Shown piece after piece: positions 13,101 through 26,800 of a stretch of 64,000 nt of DNA. The stretch lies in the NCBI GenBank assembly GCA_002269645.1, contig NIVC01000272.1:248001-312000 (forward strand), in the 5' to 3' direction. This DNA comes from Macrostomum lignano (Eukaryota). The notes below the pieces were generated by a model, which was not told the DNA's origin, ran no database searches, and saw only the letters and a list, made by a program, of their open reading frames with translations. The position numbers and the translations under genes were made by a program. Each line of letters opens with the position of its first letter. The first letter of the stretch is position 1.

Positions 13101-13560
13101 AATAGCATGGATTGCTAATCTAGCCTATCATGGATGCAGGAATAGAATGGATTGCTAATCTAGCCTATCATGGGTGCAGGAATAGAATGGATTGCTAATC
13201 TAGCCTATCATGGGTGCAGGAATAGCATGGATTGCTAATCTAGCCTATCATGGGTGCAGGAATAGAATGGATTGCTAATCTAGCCTATCACGGGTGCAGG
13301 AATAGCATGGATTGCTAATCTAGCCTATCATGGGTGCAGGAATAGCATGGATTGCTAATCTAGCCTATCATGGGTGCAGGAATAGAATGGATTGCTAATC
13401 TAGCCTATCACGGGTGCAGGAATAGAATGGATTGCTAATCTAGCCTATCATGGATGCAGGAATAGAATGGATTGCTAATCTAGCCTATCATGGATGCAGG
13501 AATAGAATGGATTGCTAATCTAGCCTATCATGGGTGCAGGAATAGAATGGATTGCTAATC
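13101..13560. repeat. 40-bp minisatellite AATAGAATGGATTGCTAATCTAGCCTATCATGGGTGCAGG
   Basis: 11.5 near-identical copies. Confidence 0.97.
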
Positions 13561-14527
13561 AAAGCGAATCATGAATGCATAGTAATTTTCAACATTTTGC
13601 AGTAATTTTTGAGCTCCACATTTATAAATTTGTTAATGTTTAATCGGAACAGTGCAATAGCAGGCCTCGTCTCGTGCAATTTTTATTTCAGAATTCTGTT
13701 TTTGCATCGTTTTGTAAGCTGCGTTAACTCGGAACCGGGCCCTGCTCGGGCGATTCTGAAGTAGCACTTTTAAGCCAGTGCCAAGCCGTGTTACCCTGGT
13801 TGCAATACGCGTACTGCTGATAAGCGGGAGAGTTTTCTATTTGCTTGTTTGCTTTTGTTATAGTCAGCAATGTTTTTAAGTTTTTCTGTTGCTATATTAG
13901 CTTTAGAGCGGCGAGCTTTTCTTAGAAATCCACATTTTCTACAATAAGATTAGAATTACAAAACTTTCTAGTGCCCTTTTTGGATTTAACAGTCGCATTA
14001 TATGCAGTTGTGATAAATTGGCGACATCTACAACTGTGGCAATTAAATCTTGTATCTTGTTTAAGCCTTCAGCCTATTTCCTTCTACATTTGTGTATGCT
14101 TACCTCTTTTTTGTTTGTTCTCTTTCACCTTTCAGTATTTGCCGTGTGCTATGTTTCTTTTGATCTTTTAATCGCTTTTATCAACAGGGTTGATCGAATC
14201 GGAGAGAGGCGGGCACGGATTTGTTTGAATCAAATATTGGACTGTTGTCTTTTTTAAGATAGCATCGAACATTGAATTTAAACAAATCCGAATTTCCAGG
14301 TTCGAATTTCTGAAAACTTTGACGATCTTTTTTACGCCGAGTTGACTGAAAAGTTAAACCTGCTGTAAATATATACACGTCAAGACCAAGGACCACTGTA
14401 GTATAACAACGTAAAACTGAAACATTTTTCATCACAAAATCAATGATTGCATTTGATCTGGGCCAGTGAAGATTAGCATTGTCTCAATTTTGCATACACA
14501 ACACGTTACTCTGTTGTATTTTATATA

Positions 14528-14980
14528 GTTGTGCATGCAGTGATGGTTTCATTTTCATACCATTTCCGTTTTATTTCATCAGACCAAGCCAAAGTTGTAA
14601 ATACTCACAAGTGAATTGTAATGCTTTGTTAATTCTTGAAGCAAGTAGGCAATATATTTTAAGAATACTTTTGTATGTAGGTAATCCTAACTAATGTTTA
14701 GGCCTTGGCTTTAAAATTCATAACTTCATGAAAATATAAGGATATTTGGTAAAATAATTTCTACATTTAATTATTTAGGCAGGTCTAGAAATGGCTAATA
14801 ATACACATTTAAATGATATTGTACCTACAATAATGGCTTTTAAGAATACATGAATGCAGAAAGGGAAGGAAGGAACAAGGAAGGGAAAGCCAAACAATCG
14901 CTTGTGAGCATTCACTACTTTGGCTTGGGCTTATGGAATAGAAAGAAAACAATATAAAAATGAAATCTTTACTACACAAC
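14528..14980. mobile_element. Older TA-flanked MITE, ~450 bp, with diverged ~100-bp TIRs
   Basis: TA|GTTGTG...CACAAC|TA. The imperfect inverted match includes CCAAGCCAAA and CTCACAAG. Confidence 0.6.
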
Positions 14981-14982
14981 TA

Positions 14983-16046
14983 CGAGGGGTGTCCCAGAAG
15001 TGTCACTTTTGCTTGCTTCCACAAGTATTAATGTGTGTTTAAAAAATCATGTGCCTTAAAAGTTGGCGGCTTATTTTAGCTTTCATGCCACGAAAGTCCG
15101 ATTTTTATAAGTGCTTCCTGCTGTAAGCAGCAGGCATACCCTTGTTCGCATACCCTTGGCCATAGAAATACACACCGCATTGTGCTTCTATGCTCACTCA
15201 GAAGAAAGCCACAAGTACAGCTGATCAAGCACAGAGTTGCGGGACAGCAGCTGAAAGATTTGTTCCAGTCATGGACCCTAACATTCACTCTACAGAAGGG
15301 CGCAGACACGCAATTTTTTACACTTTGTAGTCTTGGTCTCTTGGTCAGAAATGCCCTGAAATTCACGAAAACCTGACCCACATTCACGGTCCCGATTCCA
15401 GATGCCATCAGTCGACGAACAGTTTACAGGTGGATCGAACAGTTCGAGGCTGGCCGGCAGTGTGTTGCCAACTTACCCAAATGTTAGGGTCCATGACTGG
15501 AACAAATCTTTCAGATGCTGTCTTGCAACTCTGTGCTTGATCAGCTCAGCACTATGCGATGTGTATTTCTATGGCCAAGGGTATGCGAGCAAATGCATGC
15601 TGCTTACAGCAGGAAGCACTTATAAAAATCGGACTTTCGTGGCATGAAAGCTGAGATAAGCCGCCAACTTTTAAGGCATATGATTTTTTAAACACTCATT
15701 AATATTGGTTTTGTCAGCCTAACTGAGAATAAGGCCATCCAAAGTGAGAATCCTGCCTACGCTGAATGCGAAGGGCCTGGCTGCGTCCAGCCTAGTCTAT
15801 GAGCCATAGACTGTAAAGGACAAGCAAAGTTTTAAAAAGACCAATCGATTCTCACATTGGATGGCTTTTTATCACTTTGCTTGTCCTTTATTGTCTATGG
15901 CCCATAGACTAGGGCTGCACGCAGCCGGGCCCTTCGCAGTCAGCGTAGGCAGGATTCTCATTTTGGGTGGCTTTGTTCTCAGTTAGGCTGACAAAAGCAA
16001 TACTTGTGGAAGCAAGCAAAAGTGACTACTTCTGGGACACCCCTCG
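14983..16046. mobile_element. Non-autonomous Tc1/mariner-type element (long TIRs, TA target duplication)
   Basis: TA|CGAGGGGTGTCCCAGAAGT... at 14983 and ...ACTTCTGGGACACCCCTCG|TA at 16046. The inverted identity continues for roughly 250-300 bp. No transposase ORF. Confidence 0.85.
15707..15998. mobile_element. 292-bp palindromic MITE inserted in the right TIR of the mariner-type element
   Basis: Termini are G(G/C)TTTTGTCAGCCTAACTGAGA in inverted orientation, and the element is near fully self-complementary. Flanks AATATT and AATACT look like a duplicated target. Removing it restores the host TIR. Confidence 0.8.
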
Positions 16047-16829
16047 TATATAAAATACAACAGAGTAACATATTAATGCTAAATTAAAGGAGTGGTAATA
16101 ATCTTCACGGCCCAGATTACACGATCTTTGAGTTTTACATCCTGTTATGCTTTAGTGGTCCTTGGGCAAGAATTCAGATAACATTGCTGAATGCAGTGTG
16201 CCTGCGCTCGTCCGTTTGGTTCCATGCAACCCGAGGAGAATTAGTCACTTCAACTCTAAGCTCGGTTTCTGAATTATTGTCTTTTAAACCACCTTCTGGT
16301 GTGCGCAACCTATCTATCCTGTTCAACAATTGTATACAGCTGTTTCCTTTATATTTTATCATGTATTTTCAAGCACTTCGTACCCTCTGCACCGCGAATG
16401 CGTGCTACATGTACTCGGATGCCGCGTACAGACATTAATTTATCTTTGCACTTTTCCTGTTCTACTCACGCCTTACTATTATTGCCTGGCTACATGTTAA
16501 ACCTTCGTTTCTTCTCTACGTTGTGAGCGACTTTTTAATGTGCAACTCCAAGCAGTGTGCGCAGTCAGCTGGAGCTATTCTGCAGAAAATGGTTTTGTAT
16601 ATTGTATCGGGATTATATCTATTTGGTTTCTACACTTGCAATGAGCATTCTGCTGTTTGGTGGACAAATAAAATAAAATTCTCACACCGGCAGCCCGTAT
16701 TGTCTGGTGCAGTGCTCACAGTCGGCGTGGTGCAATCGAAGTGTATGCTAAGTATTCAAAAAAAGTTGTTGTGGTCACTCGTAGTTTATGAAGAGCTTAT
16801 TGTGTACTTATTGAACAGCAGAAGGTATT

Positions 16830-17035
16830 AAGTTCACCCAGCTGTAAAATGGGTACCTGTATTAGCTGGGGTAATTAAGAGTTGAGTGGCAAACCCCAAT
16901 CCTTGGACTGAACAGCCGTGCGCAGCCTTCAGATGCGCCGCGCAATAGCTGCGGCTGAGCTGTCGGTTACACATGTGCCCATAGGACAGGTGTCATCATT
17001 CATATAATAGTGATTAATAATAATTATTATTAGAA
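16830..17035 (+). mobile_element. SINE-like dispersed repeat (3' portion); a second short copy lies at ~29725-29781 on the minus strand
   Basis: Contains GTTCACCCAGCTGTAAAATGGGTACC, resembling the central domain of invertebrate tRNA-SINEs. The 3' end GCTGCGGCTGAGCTGTCGGTT.CACA..TGCCCATAGG recurs inverted near 29735-29781. AT-rich simple tail. Confidence 0.4.
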
Positions 17036-17816
17036 AATACAAGTGAAATCACACATTTGTACCAAAAATAAAGTTGGCGATCGAATGTCCTTATACTCAA
17101 AGCAATAGAAACTTGCATGTACATATGCATGGACATCAAATAAATATGTTAGTCGTTCTGATTAAAAAGAAAACATTTTAGAGTAAGTGATTATTATTTG
17201 GACAGACGGTGGCCGGAATGCCCAGGGCGCAGATGAAGCCAACAAAAAACGACTCATGAGTTGTTTAGGGCAAATTGACCAAATTGACCAGATTGACCAA
17301 AAAAGTTAAGTCACCAAAGTAGGCCTATAGTATGCTTTTTAGATGATGCTTTTAATAAATATATTGCTTTAAAGTTTTATTGTCCCTTTTTGCAATTGCA
17401 ACTGTCTTTGTTTTTTTGTTTTTACAAACAACTGGTACTATTATTTTTTTGAATAAATGCTGTTTCTTAGAACCTGAAACATCTTAAAGATGACATACTC
17501 AGTCAGTCAATATTAGGAGTGTGCGAAGTCCTTTTTTGCTGAATGGCATGGGGTCATTGATATCTTAGCGATTAGTTGTTTTATTACTCTACGTTTTCTA
17601 TATTCTTCTTTGAATAGAGGCAATCAGTTATTCTGTTACTACATTTTCACAATGAACTGAAGTTCCGATGCCAACAAATTAATAATTTTAATAATTGCTA
17701 ATAAGTCCTTGCATTGTAGTTGCCGTTGCAGATACAGCTTTTTTTATTAATTTGCTTCCCAACTGCAATTTTTTAGATTAAATTTTATTTGATCCCAAAT
17801 TTCAGAACGCCATGCT

Positions 17817-20800
17817 ATGAATGCCCAAAAGATCTTTCCAAGAGAACTTATTTTGCAGAAGCATCCTCAGCTACATAAAATTATAAATGGAAATGACCCA
17901 TGGGAGTTTTATGAAAACATAAAAGAGATAGGAAGTGGAACTTATGGCCACGTTTATAAGGTAATCTACCATATAATTGCTCAATTTTTAGCAACTGTTT
18001 GTTAATATATTTTTATGTTTTAAATTAATTGCATTAGACAATTACTAGGCCTATATATAAATCTAGATATATTCACTTAACTTTATATTTTACTCTTTTG
18101 TAGTATAGTCCTAATAAATTTGACAGAATCTTAAAGCCTGTTTTTGAGATTCTTCATTGTTTTAGATAAAAAGGAGTGATCATTTTTTGAATAAAAATTA
18201 TTGATTTTTTCCCAATTCTTTGCCTTTGGCTTTGGTTTAAGTTTATAAGAATATTTATATTTTAGATGCAATTTAATCTATATCTATACTTGTTTTTTTG
18301 ATTAATATTTGTTTTATTTTTCTTTAAATATATATCCTAATCCTAATTTCTTAATGATAGATATTTGTTTATAATATGGGGCAAAAGAATATAGGATAAA
18401 ATGATTTAAAAAATCTGCAGACATTTGAGTGAAGATAATATATCAAAAAAAGCTTTTGAAAGACATAAAATCTCTAAAAATAGTTCTTGATAATCTAAAA
18501 ACTATTATATTGAAAATCATTAAATAAATGAGTAAAAAGCAAAATAAGATTTTTTTAAAGTCTAGATTGACTACTTTGCAATTGTTTTTTTATTTTTTTA
18601 AAATAAACAATTAGTTTTAAGACTTAAAGGCCTCAAAAAGGCTAATTTATTCTACAACTTATCTAACCAACCTGGCATCTAAATCAAAGGCTTCTGGTAG
18701 GCTTATTAAGCAACAAAGAACAATTAAAATATACTTAAATGTGTATATATTTATGTATATATAATAAACATATTATTACAATATATATGCAGGAAAGAAT
18801 TTTCTAAATTGGTTTTGTAGAAGCTAAAATTGTGATTTTTGATCCCAATGGGAATTCATATATATTTAATAATGAACTTATATTGAATACAGTTTTTATT
18901 GCAGACAACTCTAAAAGTATATATATTGTCAATAGTAACAAAGTGATAAACAAATAAACCTTTGAAAAAATGTTGAAAATGTTAAAAAATTATAGAATTT
19001 ACTATTTCTGTAATAAAGCATTTATGAGTTTTTCAATAAAACAGTTTTTTTGTATAATTAATTTAAAAGAATGTTTGTCAAAAATTGTTTGGTATAGTTA
19101 GTTGGGATTGTTAATATTATATTGTACTGGTTTTGGTTTTAGAAAGCATGCAAAATACAAAAATAAGACATTAAATTTATGGTATTTGAAGTAGTTCAAC
19201 TATTGTTGATATCATTAACTATTTCTTCAATAGCAGCATTTTCTATTGAACCAAACTATAGGCAAAGCACAAGGCCACTGGCACCTATGCTGCGCTGAAG
19301 TGTGTCAAGATCGAGCCAACAGATGATCTGAAAGCAATTCTGACTGAGCTGTTTGTGCTGAAAGACTGCCATCATGCCAACATTGTCGAGTTCTTTGGTG
19401 CTTTCATCACGTGAGTTTGGCTTTTGAACAGCTGCTCTTGAGTCTGTACTGGCCATCTGCATCCAGCCATCTGACACCCTGCAATAGGTCAGACCATCTG
19501 ACACCCCGATCCCTGCAATGCGTCAGACCATCTGACACCCCGATCCCTGCAATGCGTCAGACCATCTGACACCCCGATCCCTGCAATGCGTCAGACCATC
19601 TGACACCCCGATCCCTGCAATGCGTCAGACCATCTGACACCCCGATCCCTGCAATGCGTCAGACCATCTGACACCCCGATCCCTGCAATGCGTCAGACCA
19701 TCTGACACCCCGATCCCTGCAATGCGTCAGACCATCTGACACCCCGATCACTGCAATGTGTCAAACCATCTGACACCCCAATCCCCGCAATGTGTCAAAC
19801 AATCTGACACCCCGATCACTGCAATGTGTCAAACCATCTGACACCCCGATCCCTGCAATGCGTCAGACCATCTGACACCCCGATCCCTGCAATGCGTCAG
19901 ACCATCTGACACCCCGATCCCTGCAATGCGTCAGACCATCTGACACCCCGATCACTGCAATGTGTCAAACCATCTGACACCCCAATCCCCGCAATGTGTC
20001 AAACAATCTGACACCCCGATCACTGCAATGTGTCAAACCATCTGACACCCCGATCCCTGCAATGCGTCAGACCATCTGACACCCCGATCCCTGCAATGCG
20101 TCAGACCATCTGACACCCCGATCCCTGCAATGCGTCAGACCATCTGACACCCCGATCCCTGCAATGCGTCAGACCATCTGACACCCCGATCACTGCAATG
20201 TGTCAAACAATCTGACACCCGATCCCTGCAATGCGTCAGACCATCTGACACCCCGATCCCTGCAATGCGTCAGACCATCTGACACCCCGATCCCTGCAAT
20301 GCGTCAGACCATCTGACACCCCGATCCCTGCAATGCGTCAGACCATCTGACACCCCGATCCCTGCAATGCGTCAGACCATCTGACACCCCGATCCCTGCA
20401 ATGCGTCAGACCATCTGACACCCCGATCACTGCAATGTGTCAAACAATCTGACACCCGATCCCTGCAATGGGTCAGACTATCTGACATCCCAATCCCAGT
20501 AATGCGATTAGGCCATCTGACACCTCAGTGTCCCATACCTGACACCCTTCGAACCGCAGCGAGAACCGGCTGCTCAACCAGACGAACCTGTGGATCGCCA
20601 TGGAGTACTGCGGCGGTAAATCGCTGCAGGACATCTACACCACCACCAGGCGGCCATTCGAGGAGCCGACCATCGCGTTCGTGATGCGCGAAACCGTCCG
20701 CGGCCTGGTGCACATGCACGCCAAGCAGCAGATCCACCGCGACATCAAGGGCGCCAACATCCTGCTGACCAGGGACGGCAGCGTCAAGCTGGCTGACTTC

Positions 20801-23800
20801 GGCATCTCCGCGCAGATCACCGCCACCCTGGGCAAGCGGATGTCCTTCATTGGCACGCCTTACTGGATGGCGCCTGAGGTGCTTGACTGCGCTTGCTTTG
20901 ACACTGGAATAGCGACCCCTGACACGAATTGGCAACCCCCTGACACTGGAATTGGCAACCCCTGACACTGGAATAGCGACCCCTGAAACTGGAATTGGCT
21001 ACCCCCTGACACTGGAGTTGGCTACCCCTGACACTGGAGTTGGCTACCCCCTGACACTGGAGTTGGCTACCCCTGACGCTGGAGTTGGCTACCCCCTGAC
21101 ACTGGAGTTGGCTACCCCCTGACACTGGAGTTGGCTACCCCTGACACTGGAATTGGCAACCCCCTGACACTGGAGTTGGCTACCCCTGACACTGGAGTTG
21201 GCAACCCCCTGACACTGGAGTTGGCTACCCCTGACACTGGAATAGCGACCCCTGAAACTGGAATTGGCTACCCCCTGACACTGGAGTTGGCTACCCCTGA
21301 CACTGGAGTTGGCTACCCCCTGACACTGGAGTTGGCTACCCCTGACACTGGAGTTGGCAACCCCCTGACACTGGAGTTGGCTACCCCTGACACTGGAGTT
21401 GGCTACCCCTGACACTGGAGTTGGCTACCCCTGACACTGGAATAGCGACCCCTGAAACTGGAATTGGCTACCCCCTGACACTGGAGTTGGCTACCCCTGA
21501 CACTGGAGTTGGCTACCCCCTGACACTGGAGTTGGCTACCCCTGACACTGGAGTTGGCTACCCCCTGACACTGGAGTTGGCTACCCCCTGACACTGGAGT
21601 TGGCTACCCCTGACACTGGAATTGGCAACCCCCTGACACTGGAGTTGGCTACCCCTGACACTGGAATTGGCAACCCCCTGACACTGGAGTTGGCTACCCC
21701 TGACACTGGAATTGGCAACCCCCTGACACTGGAGTTGGCAACCCCCTGACACTGGAGTTGGCTACCCCTGACACTGGAATTGGTAACCCCTGTACAAATT
21801 GGCAAGCCTTTCTAGTTATGGCCGTCGCCCATCTCACCGCTCGCCCTCAGGTGGCCGACGTTCGCCGCAAAGGCGGCTACGACGAGCGCTGCGACATCTG
21901 GGCGGTCGGCATCACCGCCATCGAGCTGGCCGAGCTGGAGCCGCCCATGTTCAGCCTGCACCCCATGAAGGCCCTGCAGCTCATGACCACCAGCCGCTAC
22001 AGGCCGCCTAAGCTGCGCGATAAAGCCATGTGGGGCGGCGTGTTCCACGATTTCCTCAAAACTTCCCTAAGATTGAATCCCAAGAGCCGGCCGGCCGCTC
22101 ACGACCTGCTTCAGCACCAGTTCCTGGCCAACCCGGCACTGGGCAAGCACCTCACGGTCACTCTCCTGCGCCAGTTTCACGACGAGTGCCGGCGGTATCA
22201 GGTGATTTATTGGGGACCCATCGCTAACCTGCTATTGACCCATTGCTGACCCATTACTGGCCTGTTATTGACCCATCGCTGACCCATTACTGGCCTGTTA
22301 TTGACCAATCGCTGACCCATTACTGGCCTGTTATTGACCCATCGCTGACCCATTACTGGCCTGTTATTGACCCATCGCTGACCCATTACTGGTCTGTTAT
22401 TGACCCATCGCTGACCCATTACTGGTCTGTTATTGACCCATCGCTGACCCATTACTGGTCTGTTATTGACCCATCGCTGACCCATTACTGGTATGTTATT
22501 GACCCATCGCTGACCCATTACTGGTCTGTTATTGACCCATCGCTGACCCATTTGAATGACCCTATTTGAATGACCCATCGCTGACCCATTTGAATGACCC
22601 TATTTGAATGACCCATCGCTGACCTATTGGAATGACCCATCACTGACCTATTTGAATGACCCATCGCTGACCTATTGGAATGACCCATCGCTGACCTATT
22701 GGAATGACCCATCACTGACCTATTTGAATGACCCATCGCTGACCTATTGGAATGACCCATCGCTGACCTATTGGAATGACCCATCACTGACCTATTTGAA
22801 TGACCCAACGCTGACCTATTGGAATGACCCATCAGTGACCTATTTGAATGACCCATCGCTGACCTATTGGAAGGACCCATCGCTGACCTATTGGAATGAC
22901 CCATCACTGACCTATTTGAATGACCCTATTTGAATGACCCATCGCTGACCTATTTGAATGACCCATCGCTGACCTATTGGAATGACCCATCGCTGACCTA
23001 TTGGAATGACCCATCACTGACCTATTTGAATGACCCATCGCTGACCCATTGGAATGACCCATCAGTGACCTATTTGAATGACCCATCGCTGACCTATTGG
23101 AAGGACCCATCGCTGACCTATTGGAATGACCCATCACTGACCTATTTGAATGACCCTATTTGAATGACCCATCGCTGACCTATTGGAATGACCCATCACT
23201 GACCAATTTGAATGACCCATCGCTGACCTATTGGAATGACCCATCGCTGACCTATTGGAATGACCCATCGCTGACCTATTGGAATGACCCATCAGTGACC
23301 TATTTGAATGACCCATCGCTGACCTAATGAAAGGACCCATCGCTGACCTATTGGAATGACCCATCAGTGACCTATTTGAATGACCCATCGCTGACCTATT
23401 GGAATGACCCATCACTGACCTATTTGAATGACCCTATTTGAATGACCCATCGCTGACCTATTTGAATGACCCATCGCTGACCTATTGGAATGACCCATCG
23501 CTGACCTATTGGAATGACCCATCACTGACCTATTTGAATGACCCATCGCTGACCTATTGGAATGACCCATCAGTGACCTATTTGAATGACCCATCGCTGA
23601 CCTATTGGAAGGACCCATCGCTGACCTATTGGAATGACCCATCACTGACCTATTTGAATGACCCTATTTGAATGACCCATCACTGACCTATTGGAATGAC
23701 CCATCACTGACCAATTTGAATGACCCATCGCTGACCTATTGGAATGACCCATCGCTGACCTATTGGAATGACCCATCGCTGACCTATTGGAATGACCCAT

Positions 23801-26800
23801 CGCTGACCTTTTTTCGTCGCCACAGGGTCGCGGCCTGCTGGATGAGCTGCTCGCGGTGGCGCCAGACGAAGAAGATGAAGAGGAGGCGCCGGCGCCGAAC
23901 CCGCCGCTGCCTCCCAGCCGAATTCCCAGCCGGAAGCCGGCGGGCGAGAAAACTCCGCCTTTGCCGCAGGCGCCCAGACCGGCGGCCAGCGGCGGCTACG
24001 ACGATGACGAAGTCTACGGGCAGCTGTGGGCCGCGTGCTCCGGCCGGGAGCCGGTGAAGCCGCCGCAGCCACCGCCGTCTCGCCAGCCGCAGCAGCAGCC
24101 GCAACAACTTGATGAGTGAGTTGTTATTTTGTAATTATATTTTTTGGCGATGCCCGTGTTGCATGCAAAAAATCTTAAGTTCTTGTTTTCATTTAAGACA
24201 CTTTTTCATTTATATTAGTAATAAAGTGTGAATTTGTTACTAGACATCTCGGTTGCTAGGATAAATGACTCGGTTGCTAAGAGAATTAGCCTGGCTGGTG
24301 GGATAAGTCGCTCGGTTGCTAGGATAAAAAGCTCGGTTGCTGGGATAAAAAGCTCGGTTGCTAGGATAAAAAGCTCGGTTGCTAGGATAAAAAGCTCGGT
24401 TGCTAGGATAAAAAGCTCGGTTGCTAGGATAAATGGCTCGGTTGCTAGGATAAATGGCTCGGTTGCTAGAGTAAATAGCTCGGTTGCTAGGATAAATAGC
24501 TCGGTTTCTAGGATAGAAAGCTCGGTTGCTAGGGTAAATAGCTCGGTTGTTAGTGTAAATGGCTCAGTTGCTAAAGTAAATAGCTCGGTCGCTAGGATAA
24601 ACAGCCCGGTTGCTAGGGTAAATAACTCGGTTTCTAGGATAGAAAGCTCGGTTGCTAAGCTAGGTAGCTCAGTTATTAAGACAGGTGGCATGGTTGCTAA
24701 GGTAAATAACACCAGTTGCTTAGTTGTTCAGCCGCCCCTTGCTAAGGTCAGTCGTCTGTCCCTATGCAGTTTTCGTAGCAAATAGGTCTAGTATTGCATT
24801 AGAGATTTGTTTATTATTTTTTCACTGCTTAATCGATAGCAAAATTGAGCCAAATCACATTTTTGTATCTAAATGACACCCAAGCAGCTGGCATCTGCGC
24901 GCTACCCATTTTGTCCCGGCAGTAAACTAAATTGTCAATAATTATAACTATCACTTTATTATATTATTGTATTGAACTGTAATCATTTAAAAACGCACAG
25001 ATTTGGCATCAATAGAGGATTTGCCTGCCGCTCTCTCCCCCAACCCCACTTGTAGCATCGACTTGCTTCAGGATATTGAGAATTGCTTGCGGGACAGGTA
25101 AATCCGGCTGTTATTGATTAGTTGAATCATTTTTATGCCGCTGTCAGTTGCTTTTTCGTTGCTGAATGGTGCATTGTTAAATATACTGCCAGTTCCCGAA
25201 GTTTATTTTTGCAAATCCCAATCGGCAATCCCAACTCAGCCATTGGAAATCCCAACTCAGCCATTGGAAATCCCAAATCAGCCTTTGGAAATCCCAACCC
25301 AGCCATTGGAAATCCCAAATCAGCCATTGGAAATCCCAAATCAGCCATTGGAAATCCCGAACCAGCCATCGGAAATCCCAAATTAGCCATCGGAAATCCC
25401 AAATCAGCCATCGGAAATCCCAAATCAGCCATCGGAAATCCCAAATCAGCCATCGGAAATCCCAAATCAGCCTTTGGAAATCCCAACTCAGCCATTGAAA
25501 ATCCCAAATCAGCCATCGGAAATCCCAAATCAGCCATTGGAAATCCCAAATCAGCCATTGGAAATCTTGAACCAGCCATCGGAAATCCCAACTCAGCCAT
25601 TGGAAATCCCAACTCAGCCATTGGAAATCCCAACTCAGCCATTAGAAATCCCAAACCAGCCATTGGAAATCCCAAATCAGCCATTGGAAATCCCGAACCA
25701 GCCATCGGAAATCCCAAATTAGCCATCGGAAATCCCAAATCAGCCATCGGAAATCCCAAATCAGCCATCGGAAATCCCAAATCAGCCATCGGAAATCCCA
25801 AATCAGCCTTTGGAAATCCCAACCCAGCCATTGGAAATTCCAACTCAGCCATTGGAAATCCCAAATCAGCCTTTGGAAATCCCAACTCAGCCATTGAAAA
25901 TCCCAAATCAGCCTTTGGAAATCCCAACCCAGCCATTGGAAATCCCAACTCAGCTATTGGAAATCCCAAATCAGCCTTTGGAAATCCCAACTCAGCCATT
26001 GAAAATCCCAAATCAGCCATTGGAAATCCCAAATCAGCCATTGGAAATCCCAAATCAGCCATTGGAAATCTTGAACCAGCCATCGGAAATCCCAACTCAG
26101 CCATTGGAAATCCCAACTCAGCCTTTGGAAATCCCGAGCCAGCCATTAGAGGTCCCGAACCAGCCATGGGAAATCCCAACTCAGCCTTTGGAAATTCCAA
26201 ACCAGCAAGTCAAGAATGGCATCTAAGATCAATCAATCAATACCGTTATTTGTAGCTAAAAGCTGTTTTTCTGCTATCAATTGTATTAAACTGTTGTACT
26301 AATTTGTCTAATATGGTGCAGCACATTATGTTCAACACACGCCCAAGTGTCCGCTGTCTGCTGCACAGTCCATTAAGCATTTTCCAGCATCATTCATTTA
26401 TTTATTACAAGTAGATAGTGGTCTGCACCTGACAGTTTGTCATTTGCTTGTTGCAAATCTGTGACTTTTGGCTGGCTGACAGTCTAGTATTATTTATTTT
26501 ACCCTTTTCATGATTCATTTTTGTTCACTAACTGTCTACTGTTCAGCTGTAGTAGTAAACAAAGTATTTTAAGTTATTTCTTACGGTGCAACTCCGCAGA
26601 GGACTGCCGACCCCCACATCGGAGCGGCCGCCCGCCGCTGCTGGCGTCTCCTCCGCCGGCGCTCCCGCGAAACCCAAGCGCCCAGTTAGCGCCGAAATTC
26701 TCGGACCCACCAGGTGTGACACTCCTCTGCCCGCCTTTATTGCTGGTTGGATTGAGATTTCCTGTTTTCGACTTCGTCTTTCTAGCAGCAAAGTTTTTTC

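Larger units (their letters stand above)
14386..16165. mobile_element. Outer palindromic element (CCAAGGACCACT termini) split by the insertions above
   Basis: Inverted matches CCAAGGACCACT..ATAACA..GTAAAACT, ATCTGGGCC.GTGAAGATTA and TTACTCTGTTGTATTTTATATA occur at 14386-14527 and 16047-16165. Confidence 0.65.

Noticed and set aside
13101-13560. Regular 40-bp repeat resembling a CRISPR array
   Set aside because: The units are head-to-tail with no unique spacers, there are no cas genes, and the context is eukaryotic. The same applies to all other arrays.
25122-26255. 377-aa and 355-aa ORFs with heptad repeats (IGNPKSA / MADLGFP)
   Set aside because: A 21-bp intronic array is open on both strands by construction. 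There is no unique coding flank, and the MAP4K frame is complete without it.
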